The notes below the pieces were generated by a model. It saw only the letters and a program-made list of their open reading frames with translations, ran no database searches and was not told the DNA's origin. Both the position numbers and the translations under genes were made by a program. This document shows positions 32,666-43,383 of a stretch of DNA of 53,377 nt, in pieces (the first letter of the stretch is position 1; each line of letters opens with the position of its first letter). Location: the IMG/VR virus record IMGVR_UViG_3300023296_001269, positions 1-53,377 of that record; one strand, written 5' to 3'. This DNA is from a virus (Duplodnaviria; Caudoviricetes).

Positions 32666-35168
32666 ACGCGCCCTCTTCACAACAAAGGTTTTCAATAATC
32701 CATTTACAGCCGTTATCCCCGCCGCCCGGCCAAAACTCACTGGAACCACTGCCTAGATCTTTCCAGGACGCACTGCTGGACGTTATTGTATCTACTGCCA
32801 TATATTTAGCCCACCCTTTTCGGCCTATAAGATCACCTTCCGGCTCGTTAAGGTTACACCCCACAAAATCATACACTCTAATTGTATTATTGATATCTTC
32901 ATCTGGTAAAACACCACTACCGCAATTGCGCCCAAGTACCTGTGCGTCTGCGTAAACTTCGCTCTCGCTACAGTTTACGGATATTATCTGAATAATGGCA
33001 CTAGGGGTACCTCCTGCAGGGAAGGTGAAGTCAAATGTAAAATCCATATCTACTGCACATATTGGCTCACAGGGTGTGCCCAGGTTGTTCTGTACGGCAA
33101 CAATCGTCACTTCGGCATCAGGAGTTCCGGTGGTTGTAAGGACCGTGGTCGTGGCATCTGTCTGGAACGTAGGACAAGGGATAGGCACCTGTGGGAACAT
33201 GAAGTCAAAATCAAAATCAAAGTCTAGTAAACAAGACGGCCGACAAGACGGGCCACCCTGCGTGGGTGTGATTACTACCCCTGCATTTACGCTGGGTAAG
33301 CCCCCGCACTGGATATATGCACTGGACTCTGAAGAAGCATAAGAAGACGTGAGATACAGATACCCTACAGTTGCGGACGCGCTCCCCTCTACATACGGGC
33401 ACGGTACTAATGGCGGTGGGATCACAAAGTTGAAATCAAAATCAAAGTCTACTGCACAAGATGGATTACAGGAGTCCCCTACGTTTGCTGTGGTTATAAC
33501 CACGCCTACTGAAGCGGACGGAGCCCCGTTGCAGTTTTCCCCGTCTTCCGTTACTTGTGTAATATTGGTAACGGCATCGGCTGTAAATCTGGGACAGGGT
33601 GGCGGAGGTACTGGGATAACAAAGTCAAAGTCGAATGTGAACTCGCACGCGCTACTATTGCTCAGAGTAGCGGTATTTTTTGTGACCTGAATAGCTACAG
33701 ATGGTTGTGCGTCACAAGCTGTTGAGCCAGTGATAACAGTAACCTCCCCTTCTGCGTCTATTACAGGGCAAGGGAGAGGAATAATAAAATCAAAATCGAA
33801 ATCGAATGTGCACTCTGTCGCTTCTTCACAGCTGCCCACTGATGCGGTTGTATTTGTAACAGTTACAGTTACGTCAGGGGCCCCACCGTTTGTCACAGTC
33901 AATCCTGCTTGCGCTTCCAGTGTAGGGCAAGGGGGCACAGGCACTGGGATATTGAAATCGAAATCGAAATCGAATGTACAAGTAGGGGCGTCGGTGTCGC
34001 TGTCACTGCAGTTAGGAGGAGGTGTAGTATTTGTGGCTGTGATTGTAACGCCCGGAGCGGCGTCGCAGGTCGCAGCCGCTACAGTTACGCTCCCCCCAAG
34101 AGTAAACTCTGGGCACGGAGGTTGCGGTACTGGAATATTGAAATCAAAGTCGAACTCGTATACACACGGCATTACAGCGCTGCAACTTGACTGCACTGAA
34201 GGGGGCACTTTTGTAACAAGTAGGGTTACAGCGGGTGCGCCTCCGCAATCGGCCGCGGGGTGCGTCACCCCAATACTGGCGGATCCCCTTATGATAGGGC
34301 AGGGTATTGGAATATTGAAGTCAAAATCAAATTCGTACTGGCACGGTTGAATAGAAGAATTGCTGTTGCAGCTGGAATTAGATACTTTGGTAACAGTGAT
34401 CTCTACGCCAGGGCCCTCTATAGAACAACTGCGATCTCTTCCAATAGTTACTCCCCCACCGGCTGTTATAACAGGGCAGGGTACTGGGATGTTGAAATCG
34501 AAGTCGAACAAAAACTCACAAGGCTGGATGGATGAGTCACTTCGGCAGCTGGAATTAGATACCTTAGTAATCGTAATTTCTACACCGGGTCCTGCCACAG
34601 AGCAGTTGCTTTGTCGCCCAACAGTTACTTCACCCGCTGCTTTTAAAATAGGGCAGGGTATCGGGATGTTGAAATCAAAGTCAAACTGGTATTCACAAGG
34701 CGTTGCCGCATCGCAGCTGCCGCTATTTAAGTTTGGTTGTTTAGTAACTGTGACTGCGACCCCGGGCCCCGCTTCAGAACAATTACTTTTCCGCCCGATG
34801 GTGACCTCACCGCCGCCGCTTATAGTAGGGCAGGGAATCGTAGGGGGCGGCAGCGCTATATCAAAATCAAAATCTAGGTTTATATGACAGGACCCGCAGC
34901 TGTCTATTTGGGTAACGGTAGTCTCCACGTCGAAACGCCCCGGGGTGCACGGTGTGCCCCCATAACCTGCGGAACCTGTAGCCGCCACCTCTATTACGGG
35001 ACAAGGGATCTTCTGCGGAGGAGGATCAAATGGGATTGGGATTTCTGGGCAATCAAATATAGGCGGAGGCGCAGGCAGAATACTGCACTCACTGACGAAC
35101 CTGAAGTTAGCAGTAGGCACGTAAGGTACAGAGCAATTATTCTGATTAAATAGTGGAGGTTGCGACAT
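32655..35168 (-). CDS. Tail-fibre-like protein with 11 PCP...C..FDFDF.IP repeats
   Basis: Eleven ~55-75-aa units; the last resembles the beta repeats of phage fibres. Confidence 0.75.
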   Translation of the reverse strand: MSQPPLFNQNNCSVPYVPTANFRFVSECSILPAPPPIFDCPEIPIPFDPPPQKIPCPVIEVAATGSAGYGGTPCTPGRFDVETTVTQIDSCGSCHINLDFDFDIALPPPTIPCPTISGGGEVTIGRKSNCSEAGPGVAVTVTKQPNLNSGSCDAATPCEYQFDFDFNIPIPCPILKAAGEVTVGRQSNCSVAGPGVEITITKVSNSSCRSDSSIQPCEFLFDFDFNIPVPCPVITAGGGVTIGRDRSCSIEGPGVEITVTKVSNSSCNSNSSIQPCQYEFDFDFNIPIPCPIIRGSASIGVTHPAADCGGAPAVTLLVTKVPPSVQSSCSAVMPCVYEFDFDFNIPVPQPPCPEFTLGGSVTVAAATCDAAPGVTITATNTTPPPNCSDSDTDAPTCTFDFDFDFNIPVPVPPCPTLEAQAGLTVTNGGAPDVTVTVTNTTASVGSCEEATECTFDFDFDFIIPLPCPVIDAEGEVTVITGSTACDAQPSVAIQVTKNTATLSNSSACEFTFDFDFVIPVPPPPCPRFTADAVTNITQVTEDGENCNGAPSASVGVVITTANVGDSCNPSCAVDFDFDFNFVIPPPLVPCPYVEGSASATVGYLYLTSSYASSESSAYIQCGGLPSVNAGVVITPTQGGPSCRPSCLLDFDFDFDFMFPQVPIPCPTFQTDATTTVLTTTGTPDAEVTIVAVQNNLGTPCEPICAVDMDFTFDFTFPAGGTPSAIIQIISVNCSESEVYADAQVLGRNCGSGVLPDEDINNTIRVYDFVGCNLNEPEGDLIGRKGWAKYMAVDTITSSSASWKDLGSGSSEFWPGGGDNGCKWIIENLCCEEGACGW

Positions 35169-35176
35169 CCGTGTCG

Positions 35177-36214
35177 TTATCCTGGGGCAGAAGATGATGA
35201 GTTACTGGAACTATCGTCGGTATTAGTATCTAAACATATGATAAAATTGGACAGTGCTTTATTTATAATTAGTGTATTTGCGTGAGAAACATCCTCCTCG
35301 ATTATAATTCCAGTGCCTGCTGTAATTGTAAGATGTGTACCGGATACCCCGTTTATAGATTTAACCACTTCATTACATGCAGGCCCACCAGAATAAAATC
35401 TACTATCTGCTGGCTTCTCTTCCCCAGTGTATCGTGGCACTTCTTCGCAAGGCTCTCCTTCCCCCAGCCCCACACCGGCACTTACGATAATTGCGTTTTT
35501 ATTGTTATCTTGTCGAATATTACAATTGTACCCCTCTTTCCATTTAACATTTCCGGTAATACACGTTGCGATTACTTGCACATCAGTAGCAGCGGTGTCG
35601 CTACTGTTGCTATCACTGCTGCTACTGCTACACATTTCACCGCTCGCCCGTAATCGGGGAGCATTTGCTAAACTGATTGATCGTAAATAAGACGCGGCCA
35701 GGCTTTGTATTCTAGCGGGCTCCACCACCCATAACCCATTATTAAATATAATCTGCTCTCCTGATGATAGTAGGTCCGCCAGGTCAGTCATCGACCCAGT
35801 AACTAAGAAGCCGCGCCATCGTGGTTGTAACGAACATGCCCATTCATCCAAAGGTTCTGCTGTGATAGAGGCGGCGTCTTCCCACTCAATGGCGTGTTCG
35901 TCGTCAAGTAACTCCCGGGTGAATACTAATTGGTGGTTACTTGCGTAAGGGGCTGTAGTGCGGAAATTAAAGGTGAATGTATCGCTGCTGCGGGAAACCG
36001 CATATAAATATACAGTATGGTCGTCTTCCGCGTATTCCGCATCGATCTCCATAATAGCGCCGAAGTCAGTAATAATGGCATGTGGTAAATGCAGCAGTGA
36101 CCCGTCCTCACTGGCTGAGGAGCTAAAGCCCCCCGCTGCTGCGACAGGCTCTGTTCGCGTGATGAATGGGTAATCACGAAATTGGTTGTTATTGTACCAT
36201 GATGGATTTGTCAT
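35177..36214 (-). CDS. Virion protein, YP[FL]/ING paralogue 1
   Basis: WYNNNQFRDYPF ... VKSINGV. Confidence 0.75.
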   Translation of the reverse strand: MTNPSWYNNNQFRDYPFITRTEPVAAAGGFSSSASEDGSLLHLPHAIITDFGAIMEIDAEYAEDDHTVYLYAVSRSSDTFTFNFRTTAPYASNHQLVFTRELLDDEHAIEWEDAASITAEPLDEWACSLQPRWRGFLVTGSMTDLADLLSSGEQIIFNNGLWVVEPARIQSLAASYLRSISLANAPRLRASGEMCSSSSSDSNSSDTAATDVQVIATCITGNVKWKEGYNCNIRQDNNKNAIIVSAGVGLGEGEPCEEVPRYTGEEKPADSRFYSGGPACNEVVKSINGVSGTHLTITAGTGIIIEEDVSHANTLIINKALSNFIICLDTNTDDSSSNSSSSAPG

Positions 36215-36226
36215 AATATTTGTCCG

Positions 36227-36991
36227 TTAGGTCGTATCCCCAACTGCTTCGATTACTAGCCCGTGCCCTGAATCATATAACCGTATAATTGTTTGCGCGT
36301 TTAAATGATCCCCGATCGTTATGTTGAAATTACCATACTCGTCTGGTGGGCACCCGTTAATTGTCTTTATAAAAGTAGGGGCGGTGAATAGGTCTATGGG
36401 GGTACAAAGCTGTCGCCTAAATAACGGCTCACCTACTATATCTACTCGTATAATTGTGGGGTCCGCGGGATCTTGCCGCACAACCACCCCGTTATCCCCT
36501 ACGATCATCGCGTCCCCTGTTATAAAATCCCCCTGCTCTGTGACGAGCCCGCGTACCCCAACTGCAGGTGTTGGAATAATGCAACTAGGTACAAACTGCG
36601 TAGCGGCGATTGAGAATACATGAGTGCCGAGAGACCAGGAGCTAAACCGCTGCAGTGTTTCGTTGGCTGTTACGAATAGTCCGGCAGGTCTCCCGTACTC
36701 ATCTACTATGCGTAAATTATCCGGGCCCGTCGCAGGGTCAAAAGTAGCGGTTGCTTTTTCTCTGCGGCTGCGATCGGCCACTGTAATAGTGACTTCCCGA
36801 GACTGCACTACGATTTGCGAAATATACAGGTACCCCGTAAGTACGCCGATAGGATGCAAACTGGCATCCAGGAACATGTCGCGATCAATTACTTGCCCCG
36901 TGTCTGCAGTTAACGTGGCGTTATCCATAAAGGGGTACGCGGTTTCTTGAAACTGGTCCCGAAATTCCGGAAACAAATGATACTCAGGCAT
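36227..36991 (-). CDS. Virion protein, YP[FL]/ING paralogue 2
   Basis: EFRDQFQETAYPF ... IKTINGCPPDEYGNF; GGAGG RBS before ATG 36991. Confidence 0.75.
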   Translation of the reverse strand: MPEYHLFPEFRDQFQETAYPFMDNATLTADTGQVIDRDMFLDASLHPIGVLTGYLYISQIVVQSREVTITVADRSRREKATATFDPATGPDNLRIVDEYGRPAGLFVTANETLQRFSSWSLGTHVFSIAATQFVPSCIIPTPAVGVRGLVTEQGDFITGDAMIVGDNGVVVRQDPADPTIIRVDIVGEPLFRRQLCTPIDLFTAPTFIKTINGCPPDEYGNFNITIGDHLNAQTIIRLYDSGHGLVIEAVGDTT

Positions 36992-38669
36992 CTTGTACCC
37001 TCCAGAACTCAAAATCGCTTACTGCTCGATTTGTGTAAACCCCGTGGGCCCCGTCTGCCGCATCCCACTGACTGGTAAGCACGGTGAAGCTAACTTGCGG
37101 CCATGCGGCGTTGGTTACACTATTTACTACCACGCTAATTTGTGTGTTTCCGCCTCCGGCGTCTGTACATGTGGCGGAGATCTCATACCAATCTGTGAGC
37201 GAGAACGGCACCCCGGGGGAGACGGAGTTTTGGATGATCAAGATAGTGCCGTTATAGCGGAGTAGCTCAATCTTATTGGAATCTCTATTTAATTGTACCA
37301 CAAAATATTCGTATCGCGGTTGTGTGAACGGTGCTACTAGGTGGTAGTTAAGTACTACTCCGGCATTTTGTCTTGGGCCGCTATTTTTGAATTGACACCA
37401 AACAAGGACCTGTGTGTCAAGAGTGGCAGCAACACCGCAATCGTCCCAAAGCATTATATTTTTTCGTGATTTGTTTGTTAGGCGTAACGCTCGGGATTCT
37501 CCTGCGGAACAGCCGGAGGCTAAAGAGACGCTGGATGATAAGGAGATGCTATTTACATAATCGATGCATGCTGGCAGCGGGCATATTTCTGTTTCAGGCG
37601 CGTCAGAAACAACTAAAGCATATCCTCCAACTATGAGGCCCCAGCTGGCGTGAATGGTGTCTCCGTTAAAACAATCGATAAACGGCAACCCCTCACAAGC
37701 CTCAGAGGACGCGGATGCGGATTCACTAGGGGGAGTGACGGGGCCCACAGATTCACTACTAATAGATTCTAAGGAGGCACTACTGAGGGATTCACTGCTT
37801 GATGAAGAGGCAGAGTCGCAGTAGTCATCCCCTTCTGTCACTCTGTTATCCTGCGTGGTGCAAACGTCACCGATTCCGATAGACTGATCCAGTGTAACCC
37901 CTGCATACTCACTGCCGCATGAGTCATAAGGACCTGCAACAAACCCACGAAAGTCAATGGTGATATTTCCATTGCAGTCAGGGGATACCCCGTTAATAGT
38001 TTCTATTCCAAGTCGGCTACAGTTTTGGCTTTCTGGGCGGACGCCGCAAGGCCCGATGTAATCAGAGAGGACATTACGGACAGAGGTAGGATTCACTAAT
38101 CGAATCACAATAGCTGATGTCTCTTCCCCCTCAATAGATGTCTCTTCTTTAACAATTTCAATATCTGTTCCCGCAGCTAACGTGACTAACCCGGTCAAAC
38201 TATCTGCACGTTTATATTTTCTCATCGTGGGGACGGGTAACGCGGCATAGGGGCTGGCTATTTTTGGTAACAACAATCCCTGTGCTGGCGTGGTAAAACG
38301 GGCGGCGTAAGGCTCATCCGTGTCTTCGAATGCAATGAACCCCCCAGTGCCGGGGTACATTGCTTCCAGTGCGTAATATTTATAACGGTCGACCGGTTGT
38401 GGAATGGTGACAGATGCAATTGGCGTAAAGTTTGTCGTGGCTACCGGGCTGTCTGCCCCCAGAATAACCACGGTTACGATATTGGCGGTAACAGTGATAC
38501 CCCCCACAAAAGCATACTGTCCTGCTGCTTCCGGCCACCGTAAATTGACGTCTACTATTATGTCTGTCTTAAAAGACGTACCATCATCGCTAACACCGGT
38601 GGCGTTATCATCCAAAGGGTACTTCTGTTGCGCCCTTGCGTTTAACCAGTTTTGTCCCTGCGTGGTCAT
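36984..38669 (-). CDS. Virion protein, YP[FL]/ING paralogue 3, with C-terminal beta-sandwich
   Basis: WLNARAQQKYPL ... IETINGVSPDCNGNI; Ser tract. Confidence 0.75.
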   Translation of the reverse strand: MTTQGQNWLNARAQQKYPLDDNATGVSDDGTSFKTDIIVDVNLRWPEAAGQYAFVGGITVTANIVTVVILGADSPVATTNFTPIASVTIPQPVDRYKYYALEAMYPGTGGFIAFEDTDEPYAARFTTPAQGLLLPKIASPYAALPVPTMRKYKRADSLTGLVTLAAGTDIEIVKEETSIEGEETSAIVIRLVNPTSVRNVLSDYIGPCGVRPESQNCSRLGIETINGVSPDCNGNITIDFRGFVAGPYDSCGSEYAGVTLDQSIGIGDVCTTQDNRVTEGDDYCDSASSSSSESLSSASLESISSESVGPVTPPSESASASSEACEGLPFIDCFNGDTIHASWGLIVGGYALVVSDAPETEICPLPACIDYVNSISLSSSVSLASGCSAGESRALRLTNKSRKNIMLWDDCGVAATLDTQVLVWCQFKNSGPRQNAGVVLNYHLVAPFTQPRYEYFVVQLNRDSNKIELLRYNGTILIIQNSVSPGVPFSLTDWYEISATCTDAGGGNTQISVVVNSVTNAAWPQVSFTVLTSQWDAADGAHGVYTNRAVSDFEFWRVQDA

Positions 38670-40438
38670 TATTCCTCACAAGCGCAGATAAGTGGGTTAA
38701 ATGTTGCGTCATCCGGCGGAGGACAATTCAATGTACGTGTATCAGAGACCTCTATAGCCCCCGAGTCTCCGGAAATTGCAACCGCTTCTGCCTCCCCGGT
38801 AAGCGTCATAGTGACGGCAATAGGTACTGTGCCCCCATCCCCGCCTAAGTACGCAGAGAGACTGGACGTAGTGTGTCCGCAGTCATCAAACTGTAACCGA
38901 AAGCGTACGCTAACAGAGGCGCCGGGCTGCACCATATCAATATACGCACGAAACATAGGCCATGTGCCGTCCATTTTATATCGTTCTGTTTGTCCGGTTG
39001 TGCCGCCGGCCGTGGTAACGGCCCCAGTAATATAAGTAAACCCAGGCACCTCCACGCCAATACTCCCTGTAGGCGATGTTGCTCCTGTAAGTATTAATTC
39101 TACGTTTGTTTTGCACTCGGATGTTTGGTTGCAAAATTGTGCCGCTACGTCTATGAACGGGCACATTTGAGGCAAGACACGTATTCTTAACGCTCTGTCC
39201 GTCATGCAGCTTGCAGTAGTCAACCACCGCAGCCTGTTTTCGTGATAAAGGGTGCGAGAGTTATGTAGTACTGTGCCTACCGTCTGGTACGTATCGCGTG
39301 TGCGGTTCATGTACTCCGCGGTTGTCACATAATCATCACATTCACAGCAAGGCCCGCAATCGTTTCCAAGTTGTAAATGCGCATATCGCGGGTCGTCATC
39401 AGTAGGCCACCCAGGCAGATTTTTAACAGTACCGGCGGCAGGGTCTGGAAGATTTGCGGTAGGGGCACTTCCCGGCAATAACGTGATTGACGGCGCAGTT
39501 AGTCGTGGCACCTCACTGATTAGTTGGGTAGGTTGGCGGACCCAATAACACGCCCCCGCGGCAATGGAGAACCGCCCATCCTCTGTAGGGGCTGTTTCGT
39601 TGATTGTGCGGAGGAATAACTGCTCTGCTTCACAGCCGGGAAATACGCCTAATCCTTTTCCGGCTGTTGCGTTAAAGGTAATAGCTGTTGTACGACGTTT
39701 CCCTGGCGTAGTGACGGTGTCGCCAGTTGTGATAGCCATGTTGTACCCGCTTACCAACTCCACTTTCATTTGCGATAACGTGTCTAACACCACAATAAAT
39801 GCGCGGACACGTTTAGGTAATTCATCGATAGCCCTGCTATCTAACACTGCTTGTTCCGGAAAAAAATATTCTTTATATGTCCTTGGGGAAGGCGCTGTAT
39901 TGGGAGACCATGCAGTGTGATAAACTACGGTGCAGATTGCATTAGCGTTTTGTCGCCACATGACTATTTTTAAACGATCGCCCCAGTCTCGAGTCTCATA
40001 GGTAGTGCCCGCTTCCGTCGAGTCAAACACCACGCGACCCGTTGCATCATGCACGATAATATCCTGTGCGTGCGCAGGTACCGGGAGACAGTCTGCATAA
40101 CTATAAGAAGATGCTGCAGTAACTGATAAACTGCTTGTCGTACAAATATCCCCCCAACTGGATAAACTACCGCCAACTTCTGTGGGGATAGGGAAGTCCG
40201 CGCTCTCACAGCCAAACCCGTATAACCAATCGATTTTGAAAGGTCGCGTGAACGCCTCACCCGCCCCGTAATGGTGCGGGGAATCAAACGTCAGGTGGAA
40301 ATCTGCCAATAAATACCGTATATCCGTGGATGGCTGTGTTAACGGATAATCTGTCCCTGCCTGTGGCTGCGATACCCCGATCCCTTGTCGTCCGTGTGTG
40401 TGGTATTCAAAATACCCGCATGATGACGAGCTCTCCAT
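38669..40438 (-). CDS. Virion protein, YP[FL]/ING paralogue 4
   Basis: GTDYPL ... LRTINETAPTEDGRF ... PCCECDDY. Confidence 0.75.
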   Translation of the reverse strand: MESSSSCGYFEYHTHGRQGIGVSQPQAGTDYPLTQPSTDIRYLLADFHLTFDSPHHYGAGEAFTRPFKIDWLYGFGCESADFPIPTEVGGSLSSWGDICTTSSLSVTAASSYSYADCLPVPAHAQDIIVHDATGRVVFDSTEAGTTYETRDWGDRLKIVMWRQNANAICTVVYHTAWSPNTAPSPRTYKEYFFPEQAVLDSRAIDELPKRVRAFIVVLDTLSQMKVELVSGYNMAITTGDTVTTPGKRRTTAITFNATAGKGLGVFPGCEAEQLFLRTINETAPTEDGRFSIAAGACYWVRQPTQLISEVPRLTAPSITLLPGSAPTANLPDPAAGTVKNLPGWPTDDDPRYAHLQLGNDCGPCCECDDYVTTAEYMNRTRDTYQTVGTVLHNSRTLYHENRLRWLTTASCMTDRALRIRVLPQMCPFIDVAAQFCNQTSECKTNVELILTGATSPTGSIGVEVPGFTYITGAVTTAGGTTGQTERYKMDGTWPMFRAYIDMVQPGASVSVRFRLQFDDCGHTTSSLSAYLGGDGGTVPIAVTMTLTGEAEAVAISGDSGAIEVSDTRTLNCPPPDDATFNPLICACEE

Positions 40439-40448
40439 TCGTCACCTC

Positions 40449-41399
40449 CTAGCAATTAATGCAGCCGTTATCATTTAAGCGGGAACCCAGAACAACCTGG
40501 CTCATTTGTGTGACTTCTGTTTTTAATGCGTTTGCAAAACTCTGCAGAGTAACTGCTCCATCAGCAAAGCGATCAATTTGTTGTGTAATTGCGGTTAACT
40601 CTTCGCAGCCACAACATGGTTCTGAACAAATATCTGTGAGCTTTAATCCGTTAGTTATAGGACTTATATTCAGACAGGTGTTTCCCACCATACGAAAGTT
40701 GCCGTCCGGTAGCGGAGGGATTCCGTTAATAAATCGAATAGCCGGGCCTTCCCCTGATTCATCACAAGCGCAGACTTCGTTAAGTCCTTCCCCAGAGATA
40801 GCATTAAATACCACCTCCGCTGGGAACCCGTCTACGGTATTAGCGACAATTCGCATGTTTGCCCCCGCGGTGATTTCTACATCTCCGTAGATAGGGTCGC
40901 TACGGTCAGCCCCGTTCACCACAGTCAACGAGGAGATTCCGCGGATCATAGGGCGTATGGCATCTGTTTCTAATGTGGCGGCTTCCGGAGTAAATAGGTA
41001 TGTGCCCACAGGAAGTAAATCAATGGCATCCAGTCTACCGATAGCAACTGTGCCTGTACCGTCTTCAAAATCGTCAATTCCGGAGATAGAATAAGTGCGA
41101 CCTTCGTAATGGCTAAGTTTAGACACGTTCACATTGGCAATTACTGGGGGGCTACTTGTACCGTCGTCATATCCCAAAACCAGAGAATATCCAATAGGAA
41201 AAATACTAAGTGTGTGCAGGTAAAATTTTTCTGGTTGGATAGAAACCCCTGCATTTACAGCAAACTGCATTGCTAAAATGAAGCTGTCTGGAATGGTAAT
41301 TGTACCTGTGGTGTCGTGCCCACTACTGGCGTCAGTAAAAGGGTACGAGCGTTGGCTATTATGATTTAACCATTGGACATTCCAATTTCCTGTCACCAT
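40449..41399 (-). CDS. Virion protein, YP[FL]/ING paralogue 5
   Basis: WLNHNSQRSYPF ... IRFINGIPPLPDGNF ... PCCGCEEL; start 41399. Confidence 0.75.
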   Translation of the reverse strand: MVTGNWNVQWLNHNSQRSYPFTDASSGHDTTGTITIPDSFILAMQFAVNAGVSIQPEKFYLHTLSIFPIGYSLVLGYDDGTSSPPVIANVNVSKLSHYEGRTYSISGIDDFEDGTGTVAIGRLDAIDLLPVGTYLFTPEAATLETDAIRPMIRGISSLTVVNGADRSDPIYGDVEITAGANMRIVANTVDGFPAEVVFNAISGEGLNEVCACDESGEGPAIRFINGIPPLPDGNFRMVGNTCLNISPITNGLKLTDICSEPCCGCEELTAITQQIDRFADGAVTLQSFANALKTEVTQMSQVVLGSRLNDNGCINC

Positions 41400-41400
41400 G

Positions 41401-43329
41401 TTATGCCCCCGCCACAATAATGCCGCCGATACGAATAAGTCCAATATCCGCGGTGAATGTTGGTAACGCGTCGTCAGCGCGGGCCAGTGTGACAAATACA
41501 GTGTCCCCTGCTGCCACAGTAAACTCACTGCTTTCTATCTCAATCACGTCATCTGCGGGCAGGTCTGTACCACCTCCGTCGTAATCGTCTGAGGGGGCCA
41601 CGACATCAAAGGTGATTGATGTGTCGCCCGCTACCAGACTGAACGGGGCCCCGTCCGTAGGCCGAATAATACGGTAATAACTCATGGTCATCGCAGCCCA
41701 CGGGCCCACCTGTCTACCAAACATTAACGCCCTAATTTTAAGTTTTGGCGTAGTAGGTAACCCACTGGACGGCACGTTGTACCGCATGCGTATAGCAGAG
41801 TCCCGCGAAGACGGAAATCCAAGGTAAGTAGTATTTTTATGCGTACGTTCCAGCGCGTCCCCTAGTTTTACTACCTGCGGGTTTAGCTCTCGTTCTGTTG
41901 GGTCTAGCTGCACATCGACTGTGACGATTCCCTGATGCAACATTGGGTTCTCCCCGCTTGCTGCTGCGTCAGGATCCAACAGCTCTTGGAAGCTGCCAGA
42001 CAGCACCACATTGTCTGATCCGGCAACGAGCCCCTCCGTAATGTAACCTTTATTGAATGTAAGCGAACTGTCCGCGATTTCTTTCAACGCCTGTATGCCG
42101 CGTACCGGGGTAGTATTAACTAACGCCGTGACATCGAGGTCTGCGTATAGGTCACCGGTGGCCGCCACGGTACCATCACTGTTTAGGTATAAAAGCGGAG
42201 ACCCCGCAGCCGGTTGTAGCGACGTCACTACAGTTTTATCTGTGGCGAAGGTCATCTTTAGAAACGACAGCAGTACCTTCATCCCTGACTCATTTGGGCA
42301 GGCTTCCGCCGCTGCAGAAGATGAGGAAGCAGAGACGGAGCTAGCGCTAGAGCTAATGGAGCTGGTAGAATCGTACGTAGTAGGCCAGGGCACCTGGTTA
42401 TAGCAAGTAGTCATCCACCAGATTCCGTGCTCAGTGAATTGGACTGTATCACTGGGTACCCGCTCCAGCCCCTCAAACTTCTCAGGGGCCCCGTCCAGAT
42501 CTGGTTGGAACATCTCTAAGATTGCGGCAGTAATAGGCAAGGGCGGCCATACCCGGCTTAAAGAGGCGTGGGCAGCGATGTTGTATCCAAATTTTGCCCC
42601 CACTGGTGCAGTGCTATTAAAACTACTGTGGGCGGCAGGTAGCCACCCTGGTAACTCTTCATCTGCATCTGTGATCTCGTGTGGCTCCCCGGAGAGCGGT
42701 GGGGTATGTGTTCCCGCAGGCAGCGGCGTCAGATCGATCTGATAATGGATATGGTCTTCCAGGAAGTCTCGGGGCTGTGGGTTGACGATAATCCAGGAAT
42801 CTTCTTCACAGGCGTCTGTAGGCCCCAACAGATATATTACGGAGACCGATACCGGGGGTTTTTGTAATACGACCTTTCCTGGCTCAATTGCGGACAAATA
42901 ATATTGCCCGGGGGTGGCGTCATCGCCAATAAGCTGCGTAACTACTGTGGGGGTGACACGTAAAGCGCCCATCAACACGATGGTACCTGTAGTGCTATTT
43001 GTCTTGGTTGCGCACATACCTAAGCATTTTGCGCTATCTGCTTGTGTGTACACATGCAGATCAGGATCATTGACCGCAGCGGCCAGTGCGAGAGCGTACC
43101 GTTTATTCTCTGCGTCCCAATAAACAGCGGCCCCCTCTGTCACGTCGCTGCTAACAGCCTGGTTCTCCATTGCGATAAGCTGCCCTGCTTCGATCGCCGC
43201 AATTATCTCGTTTAGATAATTGGTACGTTTTTCCAGGTCACGCGTGGCGTGGCTGGTGTTACTGGCGCTTACCGGAGATCCTGGCTGGACATGGTTAACG
43301 CGGCTGGAGAAGTTACGTCCCTGTGGCAT
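41401..43329 (-). CDS. Tail fibre/baseplate-attached protein
   Basis: N-terminal GSPVSA...LEKRTNYL fibre-anchor-like motif; GGAGGG RBS before ATG 43329. Confidence 0.65.
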   Translation of the reverse strand: MPQGRNFSSRVNHVQPGSPVSASNTSHATRDLEKRTNYLNEIIAAIEAGQLIAMENQAVSSDVTEGAAVYWDAENKRYALALAAAVNDPDLHVYTQADSAKCLGMCATKTNSTTGTIVLMGALRVTPTVVTQLIGDDATPGQYYLSAIEPGKVVLQKPPVSVSVIYLLGPTDACEEDSWIIVNPQPRDFLEDHIHYQIDLTPLPAGTHTPPLSGEPHEITDADEELPGWLPAAHSSFNSTAPVGAKFGYNIAAHASLSRVWPPLPITAAILEMFQPDLDGAPEKFEGLERVPSDTVQFTEHGIWWMTTCYNQVPWPTTYDSTSSISSSASSVSASSSSAAAEACPNESGMKVLLSFLKMTFATDKTVVTSLQPAAGSPLLYLNSDGTVAATGDLYADLDVTALVNTTPVRGIQALKEIADSSLTFNKGYITEGLVAGSDNVVLSGSFQELLDPDAAASGENPMLHQGIVTVDVQLDPTERELNPQVVKLGDALERTHKNTTYLGFPSSRDSAIRMRYNVPSSGLPTTPKLKIRALMFGRQVGPWAAMTMSYYRIIRPTDGAPFSLVAGDTSITFDVVAPSDDYDGGGTDLPADDVIEIESSEFTVAAGDTVFVTLARADDALPTFTADIGLIRIGGIIVAGA

Positions 43330-43383
43330 CTGAATTCCCTCCATGGGATTCGTGAGTTAACTATCTTGTTACGGCGACTAATT

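Noticed and set aside
34300-34680. Near-identical repeat pair as a DGR template/variable region
   Set aside because: Differences are not adenine-specific, both copies are in-frame units of one gene, and no reverse transcriptase is in the window.
33200-34900. Regularly spaced aaatcaaaatc-like repeats resembling a CRISPR array
   Set aside because: They encode the FDFDF peptide, vary at synonymous sites, are spaced ~160-230 bp apart, and no cas genes are present.
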